Assembly: GCA_002104905.1 (NCBI GenBank)
Contig: MCFE01000747.1
Span: 1-39,867 of the forward strand
Length of the DNA stretch: 39,867 bases
Reading direction: 5' to 3'
Source of the DNA: Basidiobolus meristosporus CBS 931.73
Taxonomy: Eukaryota > Fungi > Basidiobolomycota
Positions within the stretch are counted from its first letter, which is position 1; each line of letters begins with the position of its first letter. Below, piece after piece: positions 1-11,437 of the stretch. Position numbers and translations under genes: made by a program. Under the pieces are notes generated by a model. It searched no databases and was not told the origin of the DNA. It worked only from the letters and a program-made list of their open reading frames with translations.

Positions 1-71
1 GATTTTACTTGGGTATTCCCAAGTGAGAACTATACCCAGGATTTGTTTATATAATATTGATTGGTTTTAAT

Positions 72-509
72 TGTTGCAAAAGTTTGTGATACCACCTAAA
101 TATTCACCTAACTTAGTCACTTAGATCATTACCTTCAAATCCTAAAGAATACTGACCAAATTCCTTGTTGGGATTTACTTAAAATATTTACCCAGAACAT
201 GAAAATTAGATAAGTTGTCCAAACAGCCCCAAGCTTTGCACACATGTTCTTGGGACCATTCTTAACCTATTCTATGTGTCTGTCATGCCAAGACCACATA
301 AGAGTATCAACACTACTTTTACATTGAATAAGTCACTAAGTGAAAACTACATAATCTAGTTGTTCTCCCAACCACTTCCAATATCTCCTTGACTTTTACA
401 ACAGGTTATGAGCCCTAAGCTGTCGCTCTCTGCAATGTCTACTACTGCTATTACTGGAACTCTTCCATCTGAAGAAAACTTGGATGAAAATCTCCAAGAC
501 CCTTACAAC
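72..509 (+). mobile_element. Copia element A remnant: diverged 5' LTR (72-403), PBS (404-415), ~80 bp gag stub fused to the last ~20 bp of an LTR
   Basis: TGTTGCAA...TTACAACA, clearly similar to the LTR at 510-859 with a small internal deletion. It is followed by GGTTATGAGCCC and codons MSPKLSLSAMSTTAITG, then jumps to TCTCCAAGACCCTTACAAC, the LTR 3' end. Confidence 0.85.
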
Positions 510-859
510 TGTTGTAAAAATTCGTATTTTCCACCTAAATATTCACCTAACTTAGTCACTTAGATCATCACTATCAAATCCTAGAGAATACTGACCAAAT
601 TCCTTGTCGGGATTTACTTAGAATATTTTCACCAAAATACCAGGTACCCAGAACATGAAAATTCTCAAAGTTGTCCAAACAGCCCCAAACTTTGCACACA
701 TGTTCTTGGGACCTTCCTTAACCTATTCTACGTGTTTGTAATGCCAAGACCATGTAAAAGTATAAATACTACTTTTACATTCAATAAATCATTAAGTGAA
801 AACCACATAATCTACTTGTTCTCCAAATCACTTCCAATATCTCCAAGACTCTTACAACA
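510..859 (+). repeat. 5' LTR of element B
   Basis: TG..CA ends, TATAAATA at 761-768, AATAAA at 783-788, direct repeat of 5202-5551. Confidence 0.97.
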
Positions 860-871
860 GGTTATGAGCCC
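860..871 (+). promoter_or_regulatory. Primer-binding site complementary to the anticodon arm of initiator tRNA-Met (half-tRNA priming); contains the gag ATG (864)
   Basis: GGTTATGAGCCC immediately follows the LTR. This PBS type is established for Drosophila copia and yeast Ty5. Confidence 0.9.
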
Positions 872-1254
872 CGAGCTGTCACTCTCTGCAGTGTCTACTA
901 CTGCTATTACTGGAATTTTTCCCTCTGCTGAAAAGTTGGATGGATCTAACTACCAAGTGTGGAAGGTGAAGATGAAGATGCTGCTGCAAGAAAGAGGCCT
1001 TTGGGATATTGTCATGGGAGAAGAATGCCCTCCTAAAAACGTGGGAGAGGAAGCCTTAAAGTACCAGAAGAAAGAACAAAGTGCCTTTAACTGCATTTGC
1101 CTTAATGTCAAGGACAAATTGCTAATTCAATGCTCAAGAGCAAAAACGGCAAAGAATGCCTGGAAGGCATTAGAAGACACCTACCAGTCATGTTCAGCTG
1201 CCAAGAAAATGTATCTGAGAAGAAAATTCTTTACTACAAAGATGCCGCCAGGAG
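864..1254 (+). CDS. Gag N-terminal part of element B, interrupted by a solo LTR
   Basis: MSPELSLS...KLDGSNYQVWKVKMKMLLQERGLWDIV...AKNAWKALE...YLRRKFFTTKM is a copia gag N-terminus. The frame continues at 1610 once the insertion is removed. Confidence 0.9.
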
Positions 1255-1604
1255 TGTTGTAAGAGTCTTGGAGATATTGGAAGTGATTTGGAGAACAAGT
1301 AGATTATGTAGTTTTCACTTAATGATTTATTGAATGTAAAAGTAGTATTTATACTTTTACATGGTCTTGGCATTGCAAACACGTAGAATAGGTTAAGGAA
1401 GGTCCCAAGAACATGTGTGCAAAGTTTGGGGCTGTTTGGACAACTTTGAGAATTTTCATGTTCTGGGTACCTGGTATTTTGGTGAAAATATTCTAAGTAA
1501 GTCCCGACAAGGAATTTGGTCAGTATTCTCTAGGATTTGAAGGTAATGATCTAAGTGACTAAGTTAGGTGAATATTTAGGTGGAAAATGCGAATTTTTAC
1601 AACA
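1255..1604 (-). mobile_element. Antisense solo LTR of the same Copia family inserted in gag of element B, TSD AGGAG
   Basis: 350-bp reverse complement of the B LTR (~7 differences vs the 5' LTR by eye). AGGAG at 1250-1254 and 1605-1609. Removal restores KMPPGEEMKNL, matching KMLPGEEMKNL in copy D. Confidence 0.97.
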
Positions 1605-1609
1605 AGGAG

Positions 1610-4600
1610 AAGAAATGAAAAATCTAATTAACAGAATTACCCTGCTGGTAGATGAGATGGAATCTGTGGGCATACCAACTACTGATGAGGATGTGATAGT
1701 TACCATCCTGAATAGCCTGACAGATGAGTTTCAGGGCCTTGTATCAGCCCTAGAGTCCAGAACTGAAGATTTGACCTTAAATTACGTATATGGAAGGCTC
1801 CTGGATGAAGAATTAAGAAAATCAAGTGCCAATAAGAAGGAAGAAGAAAATGCTTTAATAAGCAATGATAACCAACAAAGGAGGTACCCAAGACCCTACA
1901 AAGGCAACAGCAACCTATTTTGCAACTACTGCAAAAGGAAAGGACACACATCAGACCGGTGTTTCAAAAAGAGAGATTATCAGCAAAAGAAGCCTGAATA
2001 TGGAAATGCTGCAACAACTGAAGATAGACTATTCATATCTGCACTAAATATGACCACAAACAAGGATTCTCAGACGTGGTATATTGACTCTGGAGCTTCT
2101 CAACACTTTACACACCAAAAAGAACTTTTTACCCAATATCAAGAAATTCCAATTAAGAAGGTTTTCATGGGTGACAATAGAACACTTGATGCAGTGGGAG
2201 AAGGAACTATCCAAGTAAACCTTAGAAGCAGTGAAGGAAGCCATATACTGACCTTTAAAGAAGTACTCTATGTACCAGAAATAGCCAAGAACCTACTCTC
2301 TGTAAGCAAGGCCACAGCAGAAGGACTCAGTTTCAGTTTTGACAATTCTGGAAGCAGGATCACTGATCAAAATGGTGCCCATATTGCTTCGGGCATCAGA
2401 GATCAGAATCTATACAAGTTGACTTATATTCCATCATATCTGGAAGCCAATATAAGTAACTTAAATGAAGAAACACCAATGCTTTGGCACAGGAGATTTG
2501 GACACATCAATTTTGATTATTTGCGTAAAATGATCAAAGATCAGCTAATTTCTGGAGTGAAAATTGATCCCCCAGCTAATTTGGAGCACTGTGAAGCCTG
2601 CATATATGGGAAACAAGCCAAACAACCGTTCAAGAGCTCTGGGTTAATCAAAACTAAGAAAAAATTAGATCTAATTCACTCAGATCTGTGTGGACCTATG
2701 CAAAATTTATCCTTAGGCGGGATGAAGTATTTAATCACTTTTATTGATGATTATACAAGATACACATGGGTCTACTTCATGGAGAGAAAGGAAGAAGCTC
2801 TGTCTAAGCTCAGGGAGTCTAAAGCCATGGTGGAGAGAGAAACTGGTGAAAAAATCAAGAAAATACGCTCTGACAATGGTGGAGAATATACCTCAAAACT
2901 CTTCATCCACTTCTGCAAAATTCATGGGATAAAGCAAGAGACTACTGTACCATACTCCCCACAGCAAAATGGAGTAGCAGAACAAGCTAACAGATCAATA
3001 ATTGATATGGCAAGATCTATGATCCATGATCAAAAATTATCCTATGATTTTTGGGCGGAATCAGTTGCCACTGCTGTATATCTTAAAAATAGGAATTATA
3101 ACAGAATACTTCGTGATTCTACTCCATTTGAAGCATGGTATGGATACAGACCAAGTGCAGAACATCTAAGAATATTTGGGTGTACAGCATATGCCAAAAA
3201 ACTGGCCGGAAATCAGTCAAAATTTGAGCCAAAAAGTGTAAAATGCATATTTTTGGGCTACTGCAATGAGAGTAAGGCATACAGACTCTACAATACCAAA
3301 GCAAAGAAGCTGATCAAGTCCAGGGATGTGTTGTTTGATGAAAATTCAAAATTTTCACAAAAAATGACATCAGATGATGACGAAAATTTGATCTCAAGTC
3401 CACCAATTGTCAGGATTGAATCAGAGCAAACCAATGAAATTTTTTTCACTCCAGAGGACTCTACAACCGTGGTTCAGCCAGAATCAGTGCCCAGGAATAT
3501 CCCAGAAGTGATCATTCCAGTATCAAATGCCCGGAGATCCAATTGGACTAGAAATAGCCCAAATTACTATATCAATGAGGGTACAAACTTAGCCTATGCC
3601 TATTCAGTCCATGTTGATGAACCCCAGACTGTAAAAGAGGCCCTAAATAGCCCTCAGACAAAGTTTTGGAGATCTGCAATGACTGAGGAATATCAGGCAC
3701 TGATGGAAAATCAAACTTGGGACTTAGTCAAATTACCAATCAACCAAAAATCAATTGGATGCAGATGGGTCTTCAAGACAAAATACAAGGCTGATGGTAC
3801 AATTGAAAGATACAAAGCAAGACTTGTAGCCAAAGGATACTCTCAAACAAAAGGACTTGACTATACTGAGACCTTTGCACCAGTAGCCAAGTTTAATTCC
3901 ATCAGATTAATATTGGCTATTGCAGCCAAATATAAGTTTTTTATTCATCAAATAGATGTAAAAACTGCATTTTTGAATGGTGAACTTGATGAGGACGTGT
4001 ATATGGACCAGCCTGATGGGTTTGTTGACCAAGATAAGCCCCATTTGGTCTGCAAGCTTAAAAAGTCACTATATGGTCTCAAACAATCACCGAGAGCCTG
4101 GAATTGCAAGATAGATTCTTATTTGGAATCTTTGAGTTTCAAAAGGATTAATGCTGACTATAGTATATACTATAAGCCAGATAGAGCAAATCCAGTTCTA
4201 TTAGCTCTATATGTGGATGATCTTATTATAGCCACCAATAACCTAGAAACATTGGAAGAGACTAAATCCAGCCTATCTAAGGAGTTCAAGATGTCCGATC
4301 TAGGAGAACTTAGTTACTACTTAGGGATTAAGTTCTCCATAGACAGAAGTACCCAGACTATTACCCTAAGCCAATCCAAGTATATTCAAGATATACTAAA
4401 GAAGTACAAAATGGAAGACTGTAAACTGGCAGCTACCCCAATGGAGACAAACCTTAACTTGGTCAAAACTCAACCAAATCAAGAGAGCTTGGTGCCATCT
4501 GAAAGCCCTGACTTTCCTTATCAATCTATGGTTGGCAGTCTGATGTATATCATGCTTGGAACACGTCCAGATATCTCATATTCAGTGGGAGTTGTCAGCC

Positions 4601-5190
4601 AACATAATCAGAGCTATGGATCTGATCATATTGCAGCAGTTAAGCGGATTTTTAGATACCTAAAAGGAACTGCTGATATCTGCTTAAGATACACTTATAA
4701 GGACTCAGAACAAGATCTTGTGGGATACTCTGATGCAGATTGGGGACGAAATTTAGAAGACAGAAGATCCACCACAGGATACACCTTTCTTTACTGTCAA
4801 GGAGCAATTTCATGGAATTCAAGAAAGCAACCAACCGTAGCACTTTCTACTACAGAGGCAGAGTATATGGCAGCCTGTGAAGCTACAAAAGAAGCAATGT
4901 GGTTAAGAGAGCTCTTTACAGATTTAGGCCTATGTCAAAAAACGCCTATTACTTTATTTCAAGATAATCAAGGATGTATACAATTAGGTAGAAATCCAAC
5001 TTTTCATGCTAGAACCAAGCACATAGATATTAGGCATCATTTCATATGTGAAGCTATAGAGAATAACTTAGTTAGCTTAGTTTACTGTCCTACAGATGAA
5101 ATGATTGCAGACATATTTACCAAACCATTAGCTAGAGACAAGTTTGAATATCTTAGGTCAAAATTAGGACTAGTCAGTATGAACATTTAG
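1610..5190 (+). CDS. Copia gag-pol remainder (zinc knuckle, protease, integrase, RT, RNase H); first ATG at 1615
   Basis: CNYCKRKGHTSDRC knuckle, WYIDSGA protease, LWHRRFGH..CEAC plus HSD/SDNGG/NGVAE integrase, YVDD RT, YSDAD/EAEY/QDN/ADIFTK RNase H. No stops; the reconstructed ORF is 1323 aa. Confidence 0.97.
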
Positions 5191-5201
5191 CTGAGTGGGA
5201 G

Positions 5202-5551
5202 TGTTGTAAAAATTTGTATTTTCCACCTAAATATTCACCTAACTTAGTCACTTAGATCATCACCTTCAAATCCTAGAGAATACTGACCAAATTCCTTGTC
5301 GGGATTTACTTAGAATATTTTCACCAAAATACCAGGTACCCAGAACATGAAAATTCTCAAAGTTGTCCAAACAGCCCCAAACTTTGCACACATGCTCTTG
5401 GGACCTTCCTTAACCTATTCTACGTGTTTGTAATGCCAAGACCATGTAAAAGTATAAATACTACTTTTACATTCAATAAATCATTAAGTGAAAACCACAT
5501 AATCTACTTGTTCTCCAAATCACTTCCAATATCTCCAAGACTCTTACAACA
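5202..5551 (+). repeat. 3' LTR of element B
   Basis: Follows the PPT; direct repeat of 510-859. Confidence 0.97.
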
Positions 5552-5582
5552 ACAACACCATTATAAGTGAAGATATGGAAGT

Positions 5583-5800
5583 TGTTGTAGTTCTCAATAT
5601 TATCCAAAAGCTCCTATGCTCTGCAAACAGCCCTTGGAACCTTCCTTGAAGCCTTCTTATCATTAGTTTCACAAAGTTTTTCTAAGAGTATAAATACCTT
5701 GTTTGAACTCAAAAACAATAAGTAAATACAATATAATGAATTTAGTTCTCCCAGTCACTTCAAGTACACCTTAGATCCCTGCTGTGCTATGGAGGCATTG
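5583..5800 (+). mobile_element. Highly diverged LTR-like remnant
   Basis: Starts TGTTGTAG and has AAACAGCCC, GAACCTTCCTT, AGTATAAATA and TAGTTCTCCCAGTCACTT blocks in the same order as the B LTR. Ends uncertain. Confidence 0.5.
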
Positions 5801-5836
5801 CAAGTAATTGGGAGAATGAGCCAATTAAGCAATATT

Positions 5837-6176
5837 TGTTGTAATTATCAAGTTGTCACATAAAAATTGATACTAATTTAGTCACATGGATCTTATTCTG
5901 TGATTAGCATCTGTCCTGACCAGATTTCTGGTTCGAACCTACTTCAAATAGTTTCACCAAGTTATCAGGTACTCAGATTATGACATTTCTCAAAGTTGTC
6001 GAAAAGACCCCAAACTGTGTAGACATATTCTTGGGACCTTCTTTGACAAGCTCTATATGTTTTCTTGCTCTAGTTTATTAAAAGTATTAAATCCATACTT
6101 TTGATAAACAAGTGAGTAAAATGAAAATCCACTAGTTCTCCACATCACTTTGAATATTCCTCAGAATATAGCAACG
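5837..6176 (+). mobile_element. Old solo LTR of a related Copia family, TSD ATATT
   Basis: TGTTGTAA start, GCAACG end, colinear blocks (TTAGTCAC, CAGGTAC.CAGA, CTCAAAGTTGTC, TTCTTGGGACCTTC). ATATT at 5832-5836 and 6177-6181. Confidence 0.8.
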
Positions 6177-6447
6177 ATATTCACTTGGTTAATTCTTGCT
6201 TAAGACACTTTACAATCAACAAGTGACTAAGGGCTAACAGAACTTCACTATAATATTGGCTGAATTGCAGGCTTCTCTAAACTTACAACTATCAATTTCT
6301 CAGGTACTAGCTATTTGTCAGATATGCAGACATATCTACTAGGAGGAGACTAGCCTAGCTAGCATTCATAACAAATTTGGTGACCGCCTACTCAATTCTT
6401 CTTCAAAGAATTATAACTAAAATTTTCAAGGAAAACTACCAGCTGAG

Positions 6448-6757
6448 TGTAAGCAAAATGCCATTACAATTCCAGCATAATACTGGAAGATTGTCCGATG
6501 ATACCCTAGTATGAGATTTTGATAGGTCATGGTCTTGGCAAGACAAACATGGATAATATGTTTGCGAAGGTCCCAAGAGCATGTGTGCCAAGTTTTGTGG
6601 ATTTTAGACAACTTGGCGATTTTTCATGTACTGATGTTTTGATCAAATATTCAAGGTAAATCCCAACAAGCAATCGGGGCAAAATACTCTAAGATTTGTA
6701 GGCCCTGATCTAAGTGACAAAGTTTATGGAATATTTAGGTGTACGAAATTTACAACA
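6448..6757 (-). mobile_element. Old diverged LTR, minus strand
   Basis: Ends TTTACAACA at 6757; ATGGTCTTGGCA, GAAGGTCCCAAGA, GTAAATCCCAACAAG and GATCTAAGTGAC blocks match the reversed B LTR. Left end approximate. Confidence 0.75.
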
Positions 6758-8777
6758 CTTATTGGTCAGATTTCATTAACTTGAAGTCCATCCATACTAA
6801 TCATAATAGGCTAAATCAGTAATCCTGACTTATCTCAACTACGATAATGCACCTACTTTAGAACCTCTCACAGCATTAACTGCGAATATCCCAAGTACCT
6901 ATAAATTTGGAGAGTCGGAAATTACAATGAAGACCATTGAATGTATTGAATGCTCACCCCATATGACTTTTCCGACACACTCAGATCGAACTCCTAGTGG
7001 TGGGTTATACCCACAATGGAAGATGAGCATCACATATTCTTCAGCACATGCATACTTGCTTATAGTGCATAAGGAAAATGCTCATGATTCTGAACCCGTT
7101 GCTACAGTGGTGGTCATGTGACTGAATACACTGTCTCAAACATTACCAAATCGTTCTAGCATTTGTCCATAGCATGTCACAATTTCCTTCGCATATCCCA
7201 GGAGGAGAATATCCACATATCAGAGTAGCGTATGCCCAGCTGAATGTTCCAACCGATCTTACATTTGTCACCAGTAAGGCTGAACTACATAAATTGAGGG
7301 ATTGGAAATTATCATTCAAGCGTCGATATACGTGGCTTCTGGATTAATCAGGTCATGGTAATAACAAATAGCCAAGGGCGGATGTTGACTCAGTAAACGG
7401 GATGATTTTGGGGACCTAAATCTACGGATTTCTGAGCGCGAGCTAATCCTATTGGAAGAGAATCACAGGAATATTGGCGGCGCAATATCAGCTGATTCAT
7501 AAGCTTCCCCATCTTCTGGTGTAACAGACATCCAATGATTGACTTGGGCATCATTTAATTCGCCCCGAACGATTATAGTAAGGCTACGTGATGTAGTGCG
7601 GAAGTGCCAAGTCTCACTGGCAGCACATCGTAGAGTAACAGGTTTCTCGATCCACAGTATGGCTCTTTACCCCACTCCAGAGTGACACCGTCGAGTCGAG
7701 TCTCATAGTGAATCATTCTCAAAAAGCTATTGTGCGCTTGCACTTCCGAGCAACATACAACGTACATGGAAGTTTTGTCATCTGACCAACCAACCGATCA
7801 TCACCTGAGACAGCCAACGTCAGGCACCGCGGCCATTATCGGTGCAGAAAGATTTGGCGTAGTCTGCTCGTTGCAAAATGAACATTTAGAAACAAGCGAC
7901 TGTGCCAGGGAGTGCCAAGAACACCAATGAACACAATGTATTCCTAAACAATTCAACCAGCTCAACACACATCACAGACATCCCCCAAAGCTCGGAGGAT
8001 TCCAGAGCCATCGAGTCTATGTCTTGGAAGCCAAGCAACGCGTTGCTGCTCCAGAAATAATCCCAAACCACTTTCCTGCAGGACAGCACGATTGTTTGAT
8101 TAGTTCGACTGAACGATTTCTGCCATTAGATCCTGGCTTAATAATACAATCAAGGGTCGGGAATGTTGGCATTGAGCGAAAAATCGGAATCTTTTCCGGC
8201 TGCCGTAACATAATGAATGCTCGAATTTCGGAAAAGATGGCCTTGATCATTCCCAATATCCATCTGGCCCTAATGTGATCTACACATTGTCCTGGCATCC
8301 TTGACCCGAGAATAAGGAAATCCAATTTGTAATGAGATTGTGCAGCATACTTCACTTGGCTCCTTTCTGGGAGAATCGCCGTCGGCAAATCACCGCCCAC
8401 CCACCAATCGAATTTGTCCACCGGCAGCAGCGTCCCTTAGATCGTATTATGAAGGATCGCTTGAGTGCTTTCAGAAAAAGCTTATTCCGCAAAATGAGAA
8501 CAAATCATATCAGCCATTGCATTATTAATGTGCCCATGACTGAAATCAGAGATTCAGCTGATTAGTCATTTCTGACATTCTATTCTTGGTTAAATTCTTG
8601 AAAATGCGGTGATACACTCGGCGAATATTCTATGTGGATTGCCAAATGGGGCAAAGCCAAGATCATGTCTTACAGCACAGTACAGTCTGGTATATAAGGC
8701 AGCCCCCTCATCCAAGTCGAGCAAGCTTGATACCTTTTCACTCAACAACAACATAGACTACATCAGCATAATCACAA

Positions 8778-9666
8778 ATGAACATCCTACCTCAAGAAGT
8801 AGATGGCAAAAAAGAATGCGCATCACTGTACGAGAAAAAGAGAATGGTTCTCGGTGTGATAGGTACTTTACTTGGTTGCTTCTATTCACAATACCACAAG
8901 GCTCTAACCCCTCCTGTTTCTAGATGCGGCAGCCATAATTATCGATTCGATTTGGCCAAACCACTCTATGAGCAAACACTCAACAATACTCCCTCTTCGC
9001 ACCTTTATCAAAGAGATTGTGATTCGATCAAAAACCACTTTACACGTCCTCCAAACAGCATTACTTTACCTATTGCGAGTGAAGGTCTCGGGGAGATACA
9101 GAAACTCCTGCGACAATGCTACGGATTTCTCAAAATGCGGACGGCGGATGCTGTTAGCCTCCATCATTGTAGCGTCCAAATTTGTACAAGACCGCAGCTG
9201 TAAAAATTCTGCCTGGGCAAAGATAACGAATTCTAGCGTTGCTGAAGTCAACTCGATGGAAATCACATTCCTACGGCTGATCGACTATAGACTTTATGTT
9301 TCCAACAGTGTTTTCCTCCAATGGTCCGGATTGCTCCACAACTTTACCAGCACACAGCAAGTCCAGTGCCTCCTAAAGGTCCTTTCATGCGAAAGATATC
9401 AAACAGGAGCCCTTGCCAGAAAGATGAGAAACCCGACCCCCAGGCCCACCCCTTATCAAACAGCCAGACCCCAAAAACTCTCCCCTAGCCCGAAGTCGTG
9501 CCAGGAAAAACCGGTCAATCGCTTCTCCATCGATTTTTTATTATCTTCTGATATCACTGTCCCGGATCCCACCGCCATGACCAAGCTCTATTACGAAGAA
9601 CTGGCACTAGCAACCCCCAACATCTTCATTAGTGAAGGGAACCCAGTTGTCTCTGAAAAGCCATAA
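8778..9666 (+). CDS. Pcl5/Clg1-like Pho85-type cyclin, paralog 1 (exons 8778-8862, 8924-9666; 275 aa)
   Basis: Intron GTACTT..CTAAC..TAG (61 bp) joins the two ORFs in frame. Cyclin box LPLRTFIKEIVIRSKTTLHVLQTALLYL...CGRRMLLASIIVASKFVQD...W..I....VNSME..FL..IDY.L. Confidence 0.9.
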
Positions 9667-11437
9667 TTGGTCATCAACCGCTTGCCAATCCTCTTTTTGT
9701 TGCATTTCTCTATATGATACATATAAATCCACTAGAACTGTAAATATTTGTAATCACCATCTATACACTTTGGGTCATGAAATTTCCGAATAAAATACCT
9801 AGTCCAATTAGACATGTGAATGCCGATTAAGTATTCTAGCCACTGGGTAAAACTGAATAGCCGCAGAGCTCAGGTGCAAAGCATACTATGGACGAGAGCC
9901 ACCGCAATCACGTATGTCTGGTCTTGGCCTGGTAGCACGCAGCTGATAGGAACCAAGGCCCAGCACAAGCCAACTTCAAAATAAACTACAGACGGTAAAT
10001 GCACTGGTGAGACATTGTCAAAACAGTCTAGAAAGCAGCTATGATACATGATGGGACCCCGTAAATATCCCACTTGGACACCAATATCCATTAACCCCCC
10101 CCTCCCCCGCATTTATATGGATTCACACCCGCACTCGGGCATCTGTATTGTAGGATGTGCTACCTGCGGAGGTCCATCTACACCGATACATCACTGAGAA
10201 GATGCGGTATTCACAAATCACCAATTCCAGGTCCACATGCGATAGAAAGGCGTCGCAATGTGATGCACCCTACTGCTAAAAAACGCTGCCCCAATGCGCT
10301 GTTTCTCCTATCGCACAAGCATAGGTACACCAGGAAGTGATTTGAGGAACGCATGCGGCCCATCGGTCTCAACATCGTTGAGCTGGGCGCGGGTATGAGT
10401 GCCAATATACGGTTTCAATTAGTGCACATGAACCAATTACAAGGAAGGATTGATTAGTGATTCTGACAACAGGCAATGGCATGTTTAATTCACTGTGATC
10501 ATGATTGCCAACTCAACTGCTAATTTTACCCTCGTCCTAGCCAATATCTGTGTGCGTCAGAATTATGAGCGTCCTGCTCCGTGAAATGCGGGAAATTGAA
10601 ATACATCGGTTTTACTAAATCAGCGCATATCCGGAGGAGCGCTTTTTCCTACTTGCGGCCAGCATATCATGATTCGAATAAATCGCTGGCATGAACCAAT
10701 CAAGTTCAGGCCTAAAATTTGTCAGGTCACTAATACCTGGAATGGCTGAAATCCGGTGTTGACTCAATCATGTTTCATAATCTACATTGGCAATACTAAG
10801 TATCTTGGGTTTGCTGCGCCTTTTGGGTTGGTTTCGGATACGGAATTGCGCATACAGTGCCGGATTTCCGTATTCCGAGTTACCAGGGCTTTCATGGTGT
10901 TCTTGAGCTGTTTTTACTAGGAACATTGAAACTTGCCGTTGCTCTCACAGTGGAACATATTTGCACTTCAAGGCCAACCTTCACCTGCTTCCTATAGTCA
11001 CATATAACCGCTTATCTATTTATTTTCTTACTATTCAGGTTCACTTCGTCACCTTTACCTGCAGTTTAACAATTAAAAGATGGCTTTCTGTTTGTGCTAA
11101 AGTTGTTGAGGTTTTCTCCGGTTTTTTCAGCAAAGAGACCTGCAAGCCAAGATATTTTCACCACAAACCCACTGCCCATATATTTTATGTTGATTTCGTG
11201 TCACGCGTTTCCGCTTTACTGAGACTATTAGAAAAACAAGCCAAAGACCCTTGAAAGCCAAGCTATATCTCCACAGCTCCCCCCTTAGCAATTTGCCATA
11301 CAACACTTCCGCATATTCGATCGGTATACCTGAAACGGTTTCTTGACCTCCACATTTCGCCAACAACACACAACTCCGAGCAAACCAGCTTAAATTCCTA
11401 CGTTGTGTGTATTCCCTATATTATATTTCGCTTTGAG

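Larger units (their letters stand above)
510..5551 (+). mobile_element. Ty1/Copia LTR retrotransposon B, full length, 5-bp TSD ACAAC
   Basis: LTRs 510-859 and 5202-5551 are both 350 bp with 4 differences by eye and TGTTGTAA..TTACAACA ends. PBS 860-871, PPT GAGTGGGAG 5193-5201, ACAAC at 505-509 and 5552-5556. Domain order is gag-PR-IN-RT-RH. Confidence 0.97.

Noticed and set aside
732-863. Open frame through the LTR (MPRPCKSINTTF...) in frame with gag and present in several LTR copies
   Set aside because: Its ATG (741) lies upstream of the LTR TATA box (761), so LTR transcripts should lack it. Recurrence merely reflects LTR identity.
1555-1614. ORF-track start of the 1211-aa ORF
   Set aside because: It is a GTG inside the antisense solo LTR, not a real eukaryotic start.
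1700-4843. Short ORFs antisense or out of frame to the Copia pol (and equivalents in C and D)
   Set aside because: Shadow ORFs of the retroelement sequence with no independent evidence.
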